Shown here: piece after piece, positions 25,854-38,147 of the stretch
Position numbering within the stretch: position 1 is the stretch's first letter
How the letters are laid out: every line of letters begins with the position of its first letter
Source of the DNA: Octopus bimaculoides
Taxonomy: Eukaryota
Direction: 5' to 3'
Length of the DNA: 64,000 bases
Assembly: GCF_001194135.2 (NCBI RefSeq)
Contig: NC_068982.1
Coordinates: forward strand, 29,342,054-29,406,053
The notes under the pieces: model-generated
Database searches by the model: none
What the model was told of the DNA's origin: nothing
Seen by the model: only the letters and a program-made list of their open reading frames with translations
Position numbers and translations under genes: made by a program

Positions 25854-26544
25854 CACGTGTGTCTGTGTATATCTATCTATCTATCTATCTATCTATCTAC
25901 CTACATATAACAATCCATTGTACCTCAAGTGTGAAACCGATTGGTAAGATCAACTGTGATGGATATATAATACTGTACACTTCGGATAATATATGTGTGT
26001 GTATGTGTGTGCGTGTGTGTGTGTGTGTGCGTGTGTGTGTGTGAGTGTGTGTGTGTGTTTATGCATGTGAGAGAAGCTGATTCAAATTGTAAAAATAGTT
26101 CAATATTATGCGATAAATAAAGAAGAATAAGAAAATACACACTTGGTGTATAAGTAAGTGGAATTAGGACTGGTTCAGCTAACAAATGTCCTTATATGTT
26201 ATTTATAATTCAGCCTATCTTTACTGCAGTAGAATGTTGTTCTGTTGGGTATATGATATCTATTTTTTTTTGCTCTGAGAGTGTCATTAAACTGTAGAAC
26301 CTAGAATTTTAAGCCTTTTTTATGATTGCAGTATTAATGATAGTTAAGTTTGATATAAAACAGCTCAGCCTAATAATACTTGTCAATAGTGATATAGCCA
26401 ATTTGTTTGGTGTGACTAAGTCTTGTGGAGCCAGTATTCTAGATTCAATAGAATATGGCACAGAATTCTTCTGCTTCTCCTTTATGTAGGCAGCAGGAAA
26501 ATAAATTTTGTCAGGGTCTGTATTTAATTAAAATATATATATAC

Positions 26545-26580
<36 letters not shown>

Positions 26581-27850
26581 NNNNNNNNNNNNNNNNNNNN
26601 NNNNNNNNNNNNNNNNNNNNNNNNNNNNNNNNNNNNNNNNNNNNNNNNNNNNNNNNNNNNNNNNNNNNNNNNNNNNNNNNNNNNNNNNNNNNNNNNNNNN
26701 NNNNNNNNNNNNNNNNNNNNNNNNNNNNNNNNNNNNNNNNNNNNNNNNNNNNNNNNNNNNNNNNNNNNNNNNNNNNNNNNNNNNNNNNNNNNNNNNNNNN
26801 NNNNNNNNNNNNNNNNNNNNNNNNNNNNNNNNNNNNNNNNNNNNNNNNNNNNNTATATGTATGTATGTATGTATGTATGTATATAAGCACCATAAATAGG
26901 GTAAGTGATCAGAAATTGGACAATAACCAGCTTACTGACTTTGATAATCTCTTCTTAGAATCTGGTCATTCAATTACTGCAGTGTAAGCAGGAAGATCTT
27001 CTGAGCTCCATAAATCTTGTTATTTGTCAAAATTACTGTCTTTCACTGAAAATGACTATCCTTGTTTTATTTCTTCTATTCAAATTATGTAAGTACTTGT
27101 CAATTCAAGTCTACGATGTAGTTTAATATTCACTCAAACCTTCAGCTTCATTACAATTCTATAACATAACTATTTTATGGGAAGCTGTCTTTCCCCTGTA
27201 ATACATAACTAACATGGATGACTGTCTCTTTATGTATGTCACTAATACTGTTCACAAAGACATTAAACATCACATTTCTTCTTCCGATAATAAAAGAAAA
27301 AAGAGAAACAAAATAAAACAAAACAAAGTGGAAAAAAACCCAAAAGAAATGAATTACTCTCAATGGAGACTACTAGGGAACAAACAAAAAAAAATATGAA
27401 GATATTTGGCGTTTGATTTTGGTTTAGTATATTTTTGCTTTCTGTTTTTTTTTTTATAATCTTGACATGATATTGAACCTACAATCACTTTGACTAGTAA
27501 TGATGTAAATAATGAATCAAATGAAATTTCAATAATGACACATTTGTTTGATCTGCTTTGCAAATTTCTTCTCATTTCTATTCATTTCTTATATATTATT
27601 ATTATTATTATTATTAATTATTTTTGTTCTTCCTTGCAGTCATTGTCTTTTCCTCCTGTATTTTGTAACCAATCAATTTATCTATGATATATGTGTGTGT
27701 GTGTGTGTGTGTGTGCATGTGTATGCTATATGAGTGTGTGTATATTCACACACACACATATATATATCTACACATATATACACATATGCATATGCACTCT
27801 CTCTCACACACACATATACGCACATACATAAACATGCACACATACATATA

Positions 27851-27899
<49 letters not shown>

Positions 27900-28300
27900 A
27901 CACACAATGCACAGGCTGGCTGAATAGTCAAGAAGTGTGTTTCACAACCACAGGATTCCAGGTTCAATTTTGTGCAAATGTTATTTCCAGTGGTTTCAGA
28001 TTTATCATTACTTTGCAAGTGAAATAGAACAGATGGAAACTGTACAGAAACCTGTTTGATTGACTGCACTTGTAATTCAAAAGATACAGCCTTGTCTCAC
28101 CCACACATTGTGTCACACCAATTCTGCTAGGGAGTTGCTTTAAAGGTACATTTGTTTATAGAATACTCAACCACTTACAAGTGAATTCAATGAGCAGGTA
28201 ATTCTATCAATCCTAATCACTGAAAATGAGAGAGAATCAGCCATATATAATGTCATCGTCATCATCATCATCATCGTCGTCATTGTCATTGTCATCAGCA

Positions 28301-28358
<58 letters not shown>

Positions 28359-28755
28359 CATTATTATTATTACAAAGAATAAGCTCTGGGGTCGATTTGC
28401 TCGACTATAAAGGCGGTGCTCCAGCATGGCTGCAGTCAAATGACTGAAACAAGTAAAAGAGTAAAGCGTAACTCCAAAAATTTTCTGCATTTTTATCTGT
28501 TGAATCTCCAGATCCCAATTATGAAGATTAAACAAACTACAGAAAATATTATTCTCTCACTGTTTTCAGCTTTACTGAATATTTTATTGGATATTGTATA
28601 TTGCATGCTTCTCAATAGTGAGCATTTAGTAACTACTGCTCAGTGTACTTTAGCGCATTAATAATATTACACACACATGAACCTATAAATATATGTATGT
28701 TTGTGTGTAAGTATGCATGCATACATGTGTGTGTGTGTATGTATATATATGTGTG

Positions 28756-28787
<32 letters not shown>

Positions 28788-30229
28788 CTTTTTCTCTCTC
28801 TCCATTTCTATCTCTCTTTCTCCATTTTTTTTCCTTTCATCCCTTTCTGTCAAAGAGTGTTGGCTCGAAACATCAAAGACTTTTCCATTTTTCCCAAGTG
28901 TCAAACTAATACACCTGCTTGTTGTTCTCTCACCTGCCTCTATCTTTGGTTTTCTGTACATTTGAACCATATAAACACATATCTTTATTAAATTTTTACA
29001 AGAGAGGTAACAGTGACTTCAAACTTTTGACCAGCTAGCCCTTTATCTGATGTATATATACATATTTATATATAAGCATGCATGTCTATATATGTGTGTG
29101 TGAGAGGGCACTATTTTCAGATGCTCCTGGTAGATATTCCAAGAAACAGTAAATGGAGATTGTTAGAGAACGTAAATGATGCTGAATAGTGAAAGAAATT
29201 TAAATAAAAAATAAACAAATCAATAAATATAAATTTGAATAATGCGATAAAAAAGACGAAGAAGCAATAAAAAGACTATTAGATTAAGCAAAAGAAAAAA
29301 AAAAACAGAATAAATTTATTTCTGTTTGTAAACTTTTACTTCTCTTAGACTCTGAATATATCTTGTTTGAGAAAACATGAGATGTGGTACAAGGAGAAAA
29401 TGAAAGAAAAGAAAAGTTATAATGATGTTGATTAGAATGATGGTGATACCCTCAGCATTATTTTTATAAGAGCAAGAAACAGTATTTCCATATTATTTCC
29501 TTAATAATGTTTAAACAATAACAATAAAAAAGAAAAAAATATTGAAGGGAAAAAATTAATGCCATATATTATTTACTTTGCACATCATCCACTGTAACTG
29601 TCAAAACCAGCTGATTGTAAATTAACAATCTAGATCCAAATAGAATCTTAACTCATTATGACATTTCCCTTGTCACTTTGTCATCATCTGTTCTCTATGG
29701 CAATGGACACCCATCATCATACTTTACCGTCAACGACAATAAACAAACCCTTCCCCTCATCATACTTCACCATCAATGACAATAAACAAACCTTCTCCTC
29801 ATTGTACTTCACCATCAATGACAATAAACAAGCCCTTCCTCTCCTTTACTCACTTCATGCTAAATGAGACATTTATGACACTGTCCTAATCCTGTAATTG
29901 ATTGTTGTTGCAGTTGCCTTTTTTCTTTCATTTCTTCATTATTGTTAGAATTTTAATGACTATTAGAAAAGAAAAAAACATTCCTTGTCATTGCTATTTT
30001 ATATTACGAAATTCATCACTGCAGCTGCAGCTGTTAGCCATAGCTGTGGCTGTAGTTGTAATTCTTGTAGTTATCATTACCAGAAGTGGTAGCGAGTGTC
30101 AATAACTTCTGCTTATATTCATTGTATTCACAGCTTTCATTTCTATCGTTATTTCATCATATATATATACTCACTTCACTAAATTTATTTCCACATTGAA
30201 TTCTTCATTTTATCTAATACCTTACACTT

Positions 30230-30453
30230 CCTCCTCTGCCTCCGCCTCCTAGCAACCGACCACCACCACTCCTTACCACCATTACCCCTCCTCCTCCTCC
30301 TCCTAGCAACCCACCACCACTTCTTACCACCATTGCCACTCTCCTCCTCCCCCTTCTCCTCCTAATCATCATCANNNNNNNNNNCCTAGCAACCCACCAC
30401 AACTTCTTACCACCATTGCCACTCTCCTCCTCCCCCTTCTCCTCCTAATCATC

Positions 30454-30485
<32 letters not shown>

Positions 30486-30496
30486 CATCGTCATCG

Positions 30497-30537
<41 letters not shown>

Positions 30538-30600
30538 GTTATCATCATTGCCATTGTCATCATCATCATCAACATTAACACCATTGTTGTCATCCCAGTC
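30230..30600. repeat. (CCT/CCA)n and (CAT)n trinucleotide low-complexity block
   Basis: Visible directly; part is duplicated across a 10-N gap. Confidence 0.9.
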
Positions 30601-31526
30601 ATCATCCTTTCTCATCACTCTCTTTCATTTCTATCTTCCTGATTTTTCACTCATTTCGCTTTTTCATTCTTTTATGAAATTTATCTTTCATTTCTTCCAA
30701 TTTCTCTGACCCTGTTTTTGCTTTTTCGTTTCCTTTTCGTTTTTCTTTGTTGGATAGGTGGTGAGGTGGTGATATTTCAATGTACCTTGCTTTTTACCTT
30801 GTGTACTATTTTTCTGGTTTTCCTTCTTTTTTTTTTTAATTCCTTTACCCTTTATTTGGCTAAAACATCTCTTTCCAATTTTCTCTGTTTCTGTCCACCA
30901 TCCTAATTTTCTCTTCTTGGAGATATTTTTCTTTCCTTTCTGAGTTATTATTTTCTTTACGATAATGACCTCACTCCTATAATTTACAAATGTACAAACT
31001 TTACTATGTACAAACACTAATGTAACCCTTTTAAAATACTAAATAATTGTTTCTAACATAAACGTAAGTTCAGAAATTTAGGGGAAGGGAACAATCAATT
31101 ATATTGACCCCAGTACTTTAATTTAGTAGCCCTCAAAAAATGAAAACAAAAGCATACCACAGTGTGATCTGATCTCAGATTATAAAGAATTTCTAATTTA
31201 GATACAATTTTAAATTAGAATTGGATTTAGAATAAGAGCAGACGTTCTAATAAAGATGCAAGATCAGAGATTTTGAGGGAAGAGATTAGCTGATTTCATA
31301 GGTTGCAGTATTTGACTGGGTTTTCAGTTTATCAACTCCAAAAGAATAAGTTAACCTTGGTGGGATTTGAACCAAGAATATAATGAGATAGAAGCAATAT
31401 CACAAAGCATATTGTCTAATGCTTTAATGATTCCACCACCTTAATAATGCTAAATAATATTACATTATTTACATTATTTATATTATTCACATTCGACGGA
31501 TATTTGTCCTCATCTTGTTTGTTGTT

Positions 31527-31572
31527 AATACAACGTTTTGGCTGATATACCCTCCAGCCTTCATCAGGTGTC
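31527..31572 (-). ncRNA. Type I minimal hammerhead ribozyme motif (second, degenerate copy)
   Basis: GACAC-CTGATGA-A-GGCTG(GAGGGTATAT)CAGCC-AAAA-CG-TT-GTATT. Stems II and III are intact, core GAAA is mutated to AAAA, and stem I has one mismatch. Confidence 0.6.
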
Positions 31573-31808
31573 TTGGGGAAATTTCAAACTTGAGTTCTCA
31601 TTCCTAAGGTATTTTTTGATGTCATTGTTATCATTATTATTATTATTGTTCAGGTCACTGCTTAGAATTGAACTCGGAATCTTGGGGTTAGTAGCCCGTG
31701 CCCTTAACCACTACACCATATGCCTGTGGGCACGAGCATATATCGTAGTGGTTAAGAGCGCAGGCTACTAACCCCAAAATTTCAAGTTCGATTCCAAGCA
31801 GTAACCTG

Positions 31809-31876
<68 letters not shown>

Positions 31877-31937
31877 TAATAATAACAACATCGAAAAATT
31901 CCTTAGGAATGAGAACCCAGGTTCGAAATTACCCCAA

Positions 31938-31983
31938 GACACCTGATGAAGGCTGGAGGGTATATCAGCTGAAACATTGTGTT
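31938..31983 (+). ncRNA. Type I minimal hammerhead ribozyme motif (degenerate copy)
   Basis: GACAC-CTGATGA-A-GGCTG(GAGGGTATAT)CAGCT-GAAA-CA-TT-GTGTT. Stem I GACAC/GTGTT, stem II GGCTG/CAGCT, intact CUGAUGA and GAAA. Stem III CG is mutated to CA. Confidence 0.65.
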
Positions 31984-34149
31984 CACAACAAACAAGATGA
32001 GGACAAATATTTGTCAAATGTAAATAATGTAAATAATGTACATAATTCCTCATCTCTTAAATATAGAACTAAATAATATTAGTTTAAAATTTTGGCACAA
32101 AGTCAGCAGATTAAGGGGAGGAGTAAGTCAGTTACATCAACCCCAGTACTCAACTGGTACTTATTTTATTGACTCTGAAAGAATGAAAGGCAAAGTCTAC
32201 CTTGGCAGAATTTAAACTCAGAATGTAAAGACAGACGAAATGCTGCTAAGCATTTTGCCCAGCATGATTCTGCCAGCTTGCCACATCATCATCATCATCA
32301 TCATCATCGTTTAACGTCCGCTTTCCATGCTAGCATGGGTTGGACGATTTGACTGAGGACTGGTGAAACCGGATGGCAACACCAGGCTCCAGTCTGATTT
32401 GGCAGAGTTTCTACAGCTGGATGCCCTTCCTAACGCCAACCACTCAGAGAGTGTAGTGGGTGCTTTTACGTATTGCAAAATAAATTCTCTCTTATTCTTG
32501 AAGGAGGAACATAAAAATCAACTTTAGCAGCATTTGAACTCTGGACATGCAGGAAAATAACCTTATACTGCAAGGTTAAATAACAATATAACAGTTAAAT
32601 AGCAATATAACTAACAGCTTGTGATAGTTTGGATCCCTCTTTGGCTTGTCACAGCCTGGCTTGCTGATGGTTCTTCACAGATTCATATTGAAGTAATTGA
32701 TATCCTTTGTGGAATCATTAGAAAGTCAGGGAAAATGCCTTGCAGTATTTAGTTGCACAACTGCTCATTCTGAGATCAAATGCTGCAAAGGTCAACTTTG
32801 CCTTTCATCTCTCTCTGGGGTTGATAAAAATAAAGTACCAATTATGGACTGGTATCGGTTTAATTAACGCCATCCTCTAAAATTTCTGGCTTTGCCTATG
32901 GAATGTTTTGTTACTATATAACTTAAGAAATGGTTATTATTATAACAATAGCATAAAAACAACAGCTGCTAAACTTGTAACCAAACAACCAAAATTAAAA
33001 ACATTAAAAGAAACAAAACGATATTTAGTAAAAAATATAATTTCAATAAATTTTCGTCGTATCAGTTCTAACCCATAGCAAATATACTCAAAATATAAAA
33101 ATTTGGGTTAACAAAAGAATATAAAGAAAATGTAAAAATGTGTACAAATAACTATGAAATACAGGGATGAATAAATCTGGCATTTATTCCAGGTTACAGT
33201 TGTATTATGATACCAGATTACTATAAGTAGCATTCCCAGAAGATCTGGCACATTTTCTGAACTGCTACATGAATGGAAAAATCTAGGAATTAGTGAATTA
33301 AGTGCTTGGAGACTCTCAATGCAATGTCTCTGAGGAATATAGAATTAAAGCCCACAAGCAGGTAGTTTAATATCTTATCTAGGTCATTTATTTCTATGAT
33401 TAATGAACCAATGTTTTTATACATGGTTGCTCAATCTTCAAAAGACATCAGCCAAATCTCCCTCATACCCTATCATCTTACAAAAGGAAATGGTAAAGTG
33501 GATAATGCAATCCTAGATACACTGAACTAGAAAACAAAGACAAGATGGTCATGGCTAGAACACTTTTGATCAAAGGTCTGGTTAATGAACATCATCGTGG
33601 AGTTGAATAATATTTGCATAAGGCCACAAGTTTTGATAAAAATGTGTGGCCAATTTAATCAAGCTCAATATCTGACTGGTATTTTATTGTATCTACCCAG
33701 GGATTTGAATGCAGAAGAAAAAGGAGCATGATCTACGACTGCAAGACTCAATAACGACATAACAGCTTATGATCGTCTGTATTCTTTAGGATCCCTCTTT
33801 GGGTATCATTGATGCTATTGGTGTCATTATTATAATACCAAGAACCAAGTCTGCAACCTCACTAGGAATATAACCTACAAGAAAACACACAAACGTGACC
33901 ACAGTGACCACTGCAAAAGCAAAACTTTAAAAGACAATGAAAAAACAAAGAATAACAAAAGAAAGAACCAAAACAACACCAGCAATCAAATGAACAATGG
34001 CCACTGTCTCTTCTAACTTCACTATTGTACAAAATAAAACAAAAAGTTAAGAAGGACATAATGCAAAACAGAAACAAAATATAAACAAAAGGTAGTTGCT
34101 TTTGTAAAGCTTGTCCAAAAAACACCTGTATTTAGACTTCAGATAAAAC

Positions 34150-35820
34150 ACCCCCAATTTTCTTCATCGTCGTCATCTAACACAAAATTTCCTATATGCA
34201 AAGGAAGTTTTCTGTGAAAGACTTGCTAAGCAAATTTATCTTAGCTGGGGATGGGGACTTTCAAGAACTATCTCCATTCCATCACGAAGGCTGAATTACC
34301 CATTCTTTGAAATCAGGCTAAGTGAATTTATTCACTTTTTTCTCCACCCACATTAGCTGTATTGAGAATTAGTTCTATAAATGATTATGGTATGGGAGAA
34401 AACTCACATGCTTAATGACTTTAGGGATCCAGTTGTGGTTATGATATTCCTCAATGAAACCAAAGTTTCCTGAAATTGTATTTCTTCTCAATGAAGAAAT
34501 CTGAAAGCTTTCATGGGAATTTCCCACTTATCAGTGCTAGAGAGTGACTGGAATAGAATCTTGCATACAAATTGGGATTGTGAGGAATAGTCAATTGAAT
34601 AAGATGGTGTAAAAGTTTTAAGTTATCAATATTCAATATAAACAGAATACTTAAGTCAGCATATAATGATAGTATGGGATGACTGCAATTTTGGCTGGGT
34701 CACTACACATTCCACGAGTATGTGATTTCAACAGTCACATATTGAACCCCACAACTGTCTACATGTGCTTGGTTGGAAATAGAGAGGTAGGAGTGTGGTG
34801 GGGTTCAATTACAGGAAACAGAATGCATCATTCCTGGAATGGGAAGCCTACAATGACTGAATTAGCAAACTAGTTGAGTGGAGTATGACGCTGAAGGGAT
34901 GATTATCAACAACTGGTAGTTGTTCTCTTGGAAGTGATCCATCATTGTAAAATCAATAGAAAAGAATTAATGGTAAAGAACAAGGAATGAGCTGGTCAGC
35001 AGATTACAATAAGCTGTGGGAAAAGATGATACTACCAATGTGCTGTGAACAAAAATTGTATCCATCCATTTCTTTGATGGGAAACAAGGTTTTTCTAGCT
35101 GAGTGGCCTATCTCATCTACTTATAGTCTGGCGAGAATTGTATCTTAATCCAGTTTCCTTCTGACTATATTGGAATATTTAATCATTACTTTCTGTAGAA
35201 GGGACACTTTCCACTGTTCAGAAGGTCCATCTGATAACAACAACCAGTAAATACAGATGTGATGTACAGGCATGTGATGTACAGGCATGAACCGAGGCAG
35301 GAATATTTGCAGAGATTCCTGAATGGTGCCCAAGCATAGTCTCCATTTATCATGCATTTGTCTTCCCACAACTCATCCCATTGAGAGAGCTGTAGTCCAG
35401 GGTTAAGTAAAGACCAAGATTAGGCCCTTGGTATCTAGAATTTTGTTAAATGCTCACAGTTCTCTGCTGGCTGGACAATATGGTTGGTGGTATGTTAGCT
35501 CTTGCATTCTATAACAGATTGGTAGCAAACAAGAGCATCAACATTCTTCAGGAGGTACTAGATGTTGAAGATCAACTGAACTATCTATTACAGAAGACTT
35601 TTGGCTTAGTAGCTATTGACTATTTCCAAAAATCCCTGGTAGTTATTCTCTGTCTGGTAGCATAACAAAAGAGATTGCATGACAGACAAGATTGAAAGGG
35701 CTGAAGACAGACACCCTTTCTCATCAACTTCTTTGATTTCCATTTGGAAAAAAAGGGAAGGTCAGTGAGGGAGGCACTGTACCGAAAGGTATGTAACCAT
35801 AAGAATGAACTGCCTGAATG
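34150..35820 (+). mobile_element. Very degenerate L1/Tx1-like LINE fossil
   Basis: Scattered motifs in the expected order across frames: FILAGDGDF (APE GDFN-like, ~34235), IPGMGSL (SPGxDG-like, ~34830), LVSRLQ..QCAV (~34990-35050), TRLKGLKTDT..LINFFDFHL (~35690-35740). Many stops and frameshifts. Confidence 0.45.
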
Positions 35821-36349
35821 AGCCTGCTCTTTGCAAGCCCCCATAATCCAGAGAACACAACAACCCTTGGTACTTAGTTAATGCTGGATCTATGAGATTT
35901 CTTGATTGGCCTTAGGTGGCTGACTCCTTAATTTGGATGTCACATTTCATTCCATTTGTAATTTTACTCTTATAAAAGAATAGGCATGAGAAATAGTGAA
36001 ATTTTTCATGTCTATTCTTTCATAAAAGACTCTATGAAAACTTTCACCGTTCTTTTGTAAACTGTTCTTGTATTGTCCTTTTGTCCATTATTCATGTAAG
36101 AAATGGAAGATTTCTTTATAGCATAAGAGTAGCAGATCAATTTGGTAGAAACATCAGAATATTTGTTAAATTGCCTTGCAGTAGATGTTTCAGTTGTTTA
36201 CATTTTTAGCTCAAATTCTTCTGAGGCCAATTTTGCTTTTCATCCCTTCAGAATCACTAAAATGAATTGCCAGCCAAGAACAACAGTTGAAGGCATCAGC
36301 AAACATCCTCCTCCAAATTTTAGGCATTACATTTATGTTGGAAGTAATT

Positions 36350-36790
36350 CCTTTTTCTTCAAATCAGTCGCTGAGTTAGTTCTTGTCTATGACTCTTCAG
36401 CATAGACACTGAACAAGAGACTTTGACAAGAGACAAGAAACTTGACAGCACATACACGAGAATGCTTTGTGCAGTTCTCAATCTTTCTTGGCAGCAACAT
36501 TCTTCAAAACAGGGACTGTATGGTAGTGTTCCTACCATCACCTCAGTAATCAGAGAAAAAAGACCATGTTATGCAGGACACTACTGGAGAAGCAAAGAAG
36601 GCATATCCAGCAATCTCCTTCACTGTAAACCCACTCATGGACATACAGAAATCAGCAAACCAAGAATAGCACAAATTGATCATCTTGTGGAGGACACTGG
36701 ATATTAAATTGAGGATATGAAGACTGCTATGGAGGATCAGAACATCTGACAGGAAATTTGAATTGATCTAAGCAAAGTCACCTGATCAGA
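36350..36790 (+). mobile_element. RTE-type LINE 3' fragment (second family)
   Basis: SVAELVLVYDSSA*TL; KKLDSTYTRMLCAVLNLSWQQH...IREKRPCYAGHYWRSKE...PTHG...IDHLVEDTG. Confidence 0.8.
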
Positions 36791-38090
36791 TAAATAAAAA
36801 CAATTATTATTTATAATTTTATTCTGTTTATTAAGACAGCAAGCTGGCAGAAGTGTTAGCATCCCAGGTGAAACGCTCAGTGGTATTTTGTCCATATTTA
36901 CGTTCTGAGTTCAAATACCGCTGAAGTTAACTTTGCCTTTTATCCTTTTGGAGCTGATAAAATAGGTACCAGTTGAGCACTAGGGTTGATGCAATCAACT
37001 TAACCACCGAAACTGCTGGCCTTGTGCTAAAATTTGAAACCAATATTATTCTTCATATTCTTATTTACTTATGTGTGTGTGTTACATTTTAAACAACCTT
37101 AACTACCGAATGAAATATCTTTAATATGAAGTGACTTGGCTTGAATGCTTAGAATGAAGAGAACTCGGGTAAAAGAACCAAAGAACTTCGTGGTGGTGTT
37201 AAACTGGTTGACAGATTAACTGTACCATGCAGTTCAGTGTATGTGAGTTGATTTTAGATTTAGAAAAAGCAGTTGTGTTTAAGTGGTTAAAGAATTAATT
37301 CTCATAAATATGAATAAATCTTTAAATAATGAAATTTATTATTCAGTTTCTGCCACAAGCTATTATTACTAAAACCTCTAACAAAAGAAATCTTACTTGA
37401 TCACTTCAGAAGTTAAACGTAACAACTAAATCTTCCTTAAAAGTACACCCTACCATCTTCAAAAATAGGACACATCAGATAGCATTGTCTAAGGTATACT
37501 ATGGCTGTAAGAAAAATCATATTGATCATGGCTGGAATGACTTGAGGCCTTAAACTACAAAGAAAAAAAATAAAATAAATATAAAAAAGATCATTTAGAT
37601 CCATTACAATAAGAAGGTTTGAAGACATTTTAAATGCTTTAGACATCTTCAGCTAAGAACTCATGGCAAAAGATTTCTTCATATATTCCTAAACATACAT
37701 CTCACATGCTTCAACAGAATTTCATAAACAAATAATGAAATGTTTTATTAATGAGATAAACAACTCAAATGATAATAGCTCACAGCATTCAGTTACCTTG
37801 TAACAAATATAAAAGAAAATATATACACAAATGAACAAAAAAAGAAGTAATAATAATAAACTCTCTAACTAGTAGCTTAAAGAAAATTCCATCAAATTCA
37901 CCAATTAAGATAGTTTAATTAAGGAAATCATAACTGAAATAAATCAATTAATTAAAAGCATCTAAAATGCCAATCTAAATTACTTAATTGTTTAAAAATT
38001 TCCAATTTTAGCAACCTCATTTAGTCAATTACTTTATCCTGGAAACAGAATTTTAATTTCTCAACTTCATTTTTTTCCCCAGTCAACTTA

Positions 38091-38147
<57 letters not shown>

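Larger units (their letters stand above)
31461..32040. repeat. ~580-bp fold-back: two head-to-head copies of a tRNA-headed element with an (AAT)n spacer and Penelope-like tail
   Basis: The left arm is the reverse complement of the right arm with scattered substitutions. The centre is tatgcctgtgggcacgagcata (~31719-31740). Each arm has a tRNA-like head (A box TAGTGGTTAAG; right-arm B box GTTCGATTCC), (AAT)n, then ...ccccaagacacCTGATGAaggctg... Confidence 0.92.

Noticed and set aside
28925-28970. Minus-strand G|GTGAGA donor after MYRKPKIEA
   Set aside because: Phase 1, no RasGRF similarity and no clear acceptor; the next known exon needs phase 0.
31735-31810. tRNA gene (also 16416-16490 and other SINE heads)
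   Set aside because: A/B boxes are present but the acceptor stems are not convincing, and each continues into a repeat body, so they are SINE heads.
35145-35371. Minus-strand ORFs vaguely resembling Gypsy RT/RNase H
   Set aside because: The + strand fits the surrounding L1/Tx1-like motif order better; the minus-strand resemblance is weak.
37397-37554. Strong minus-strand acceptor (ttttttttctttgtag) with a downstream GTAAG donor
   Set aside because: The 158-nt version has stops in all frames. The 101-nt alternative (GTAGGG donor) has no RasGRF similarity and incompatible phases. A poison exon cannot be excluded but is unsupported.
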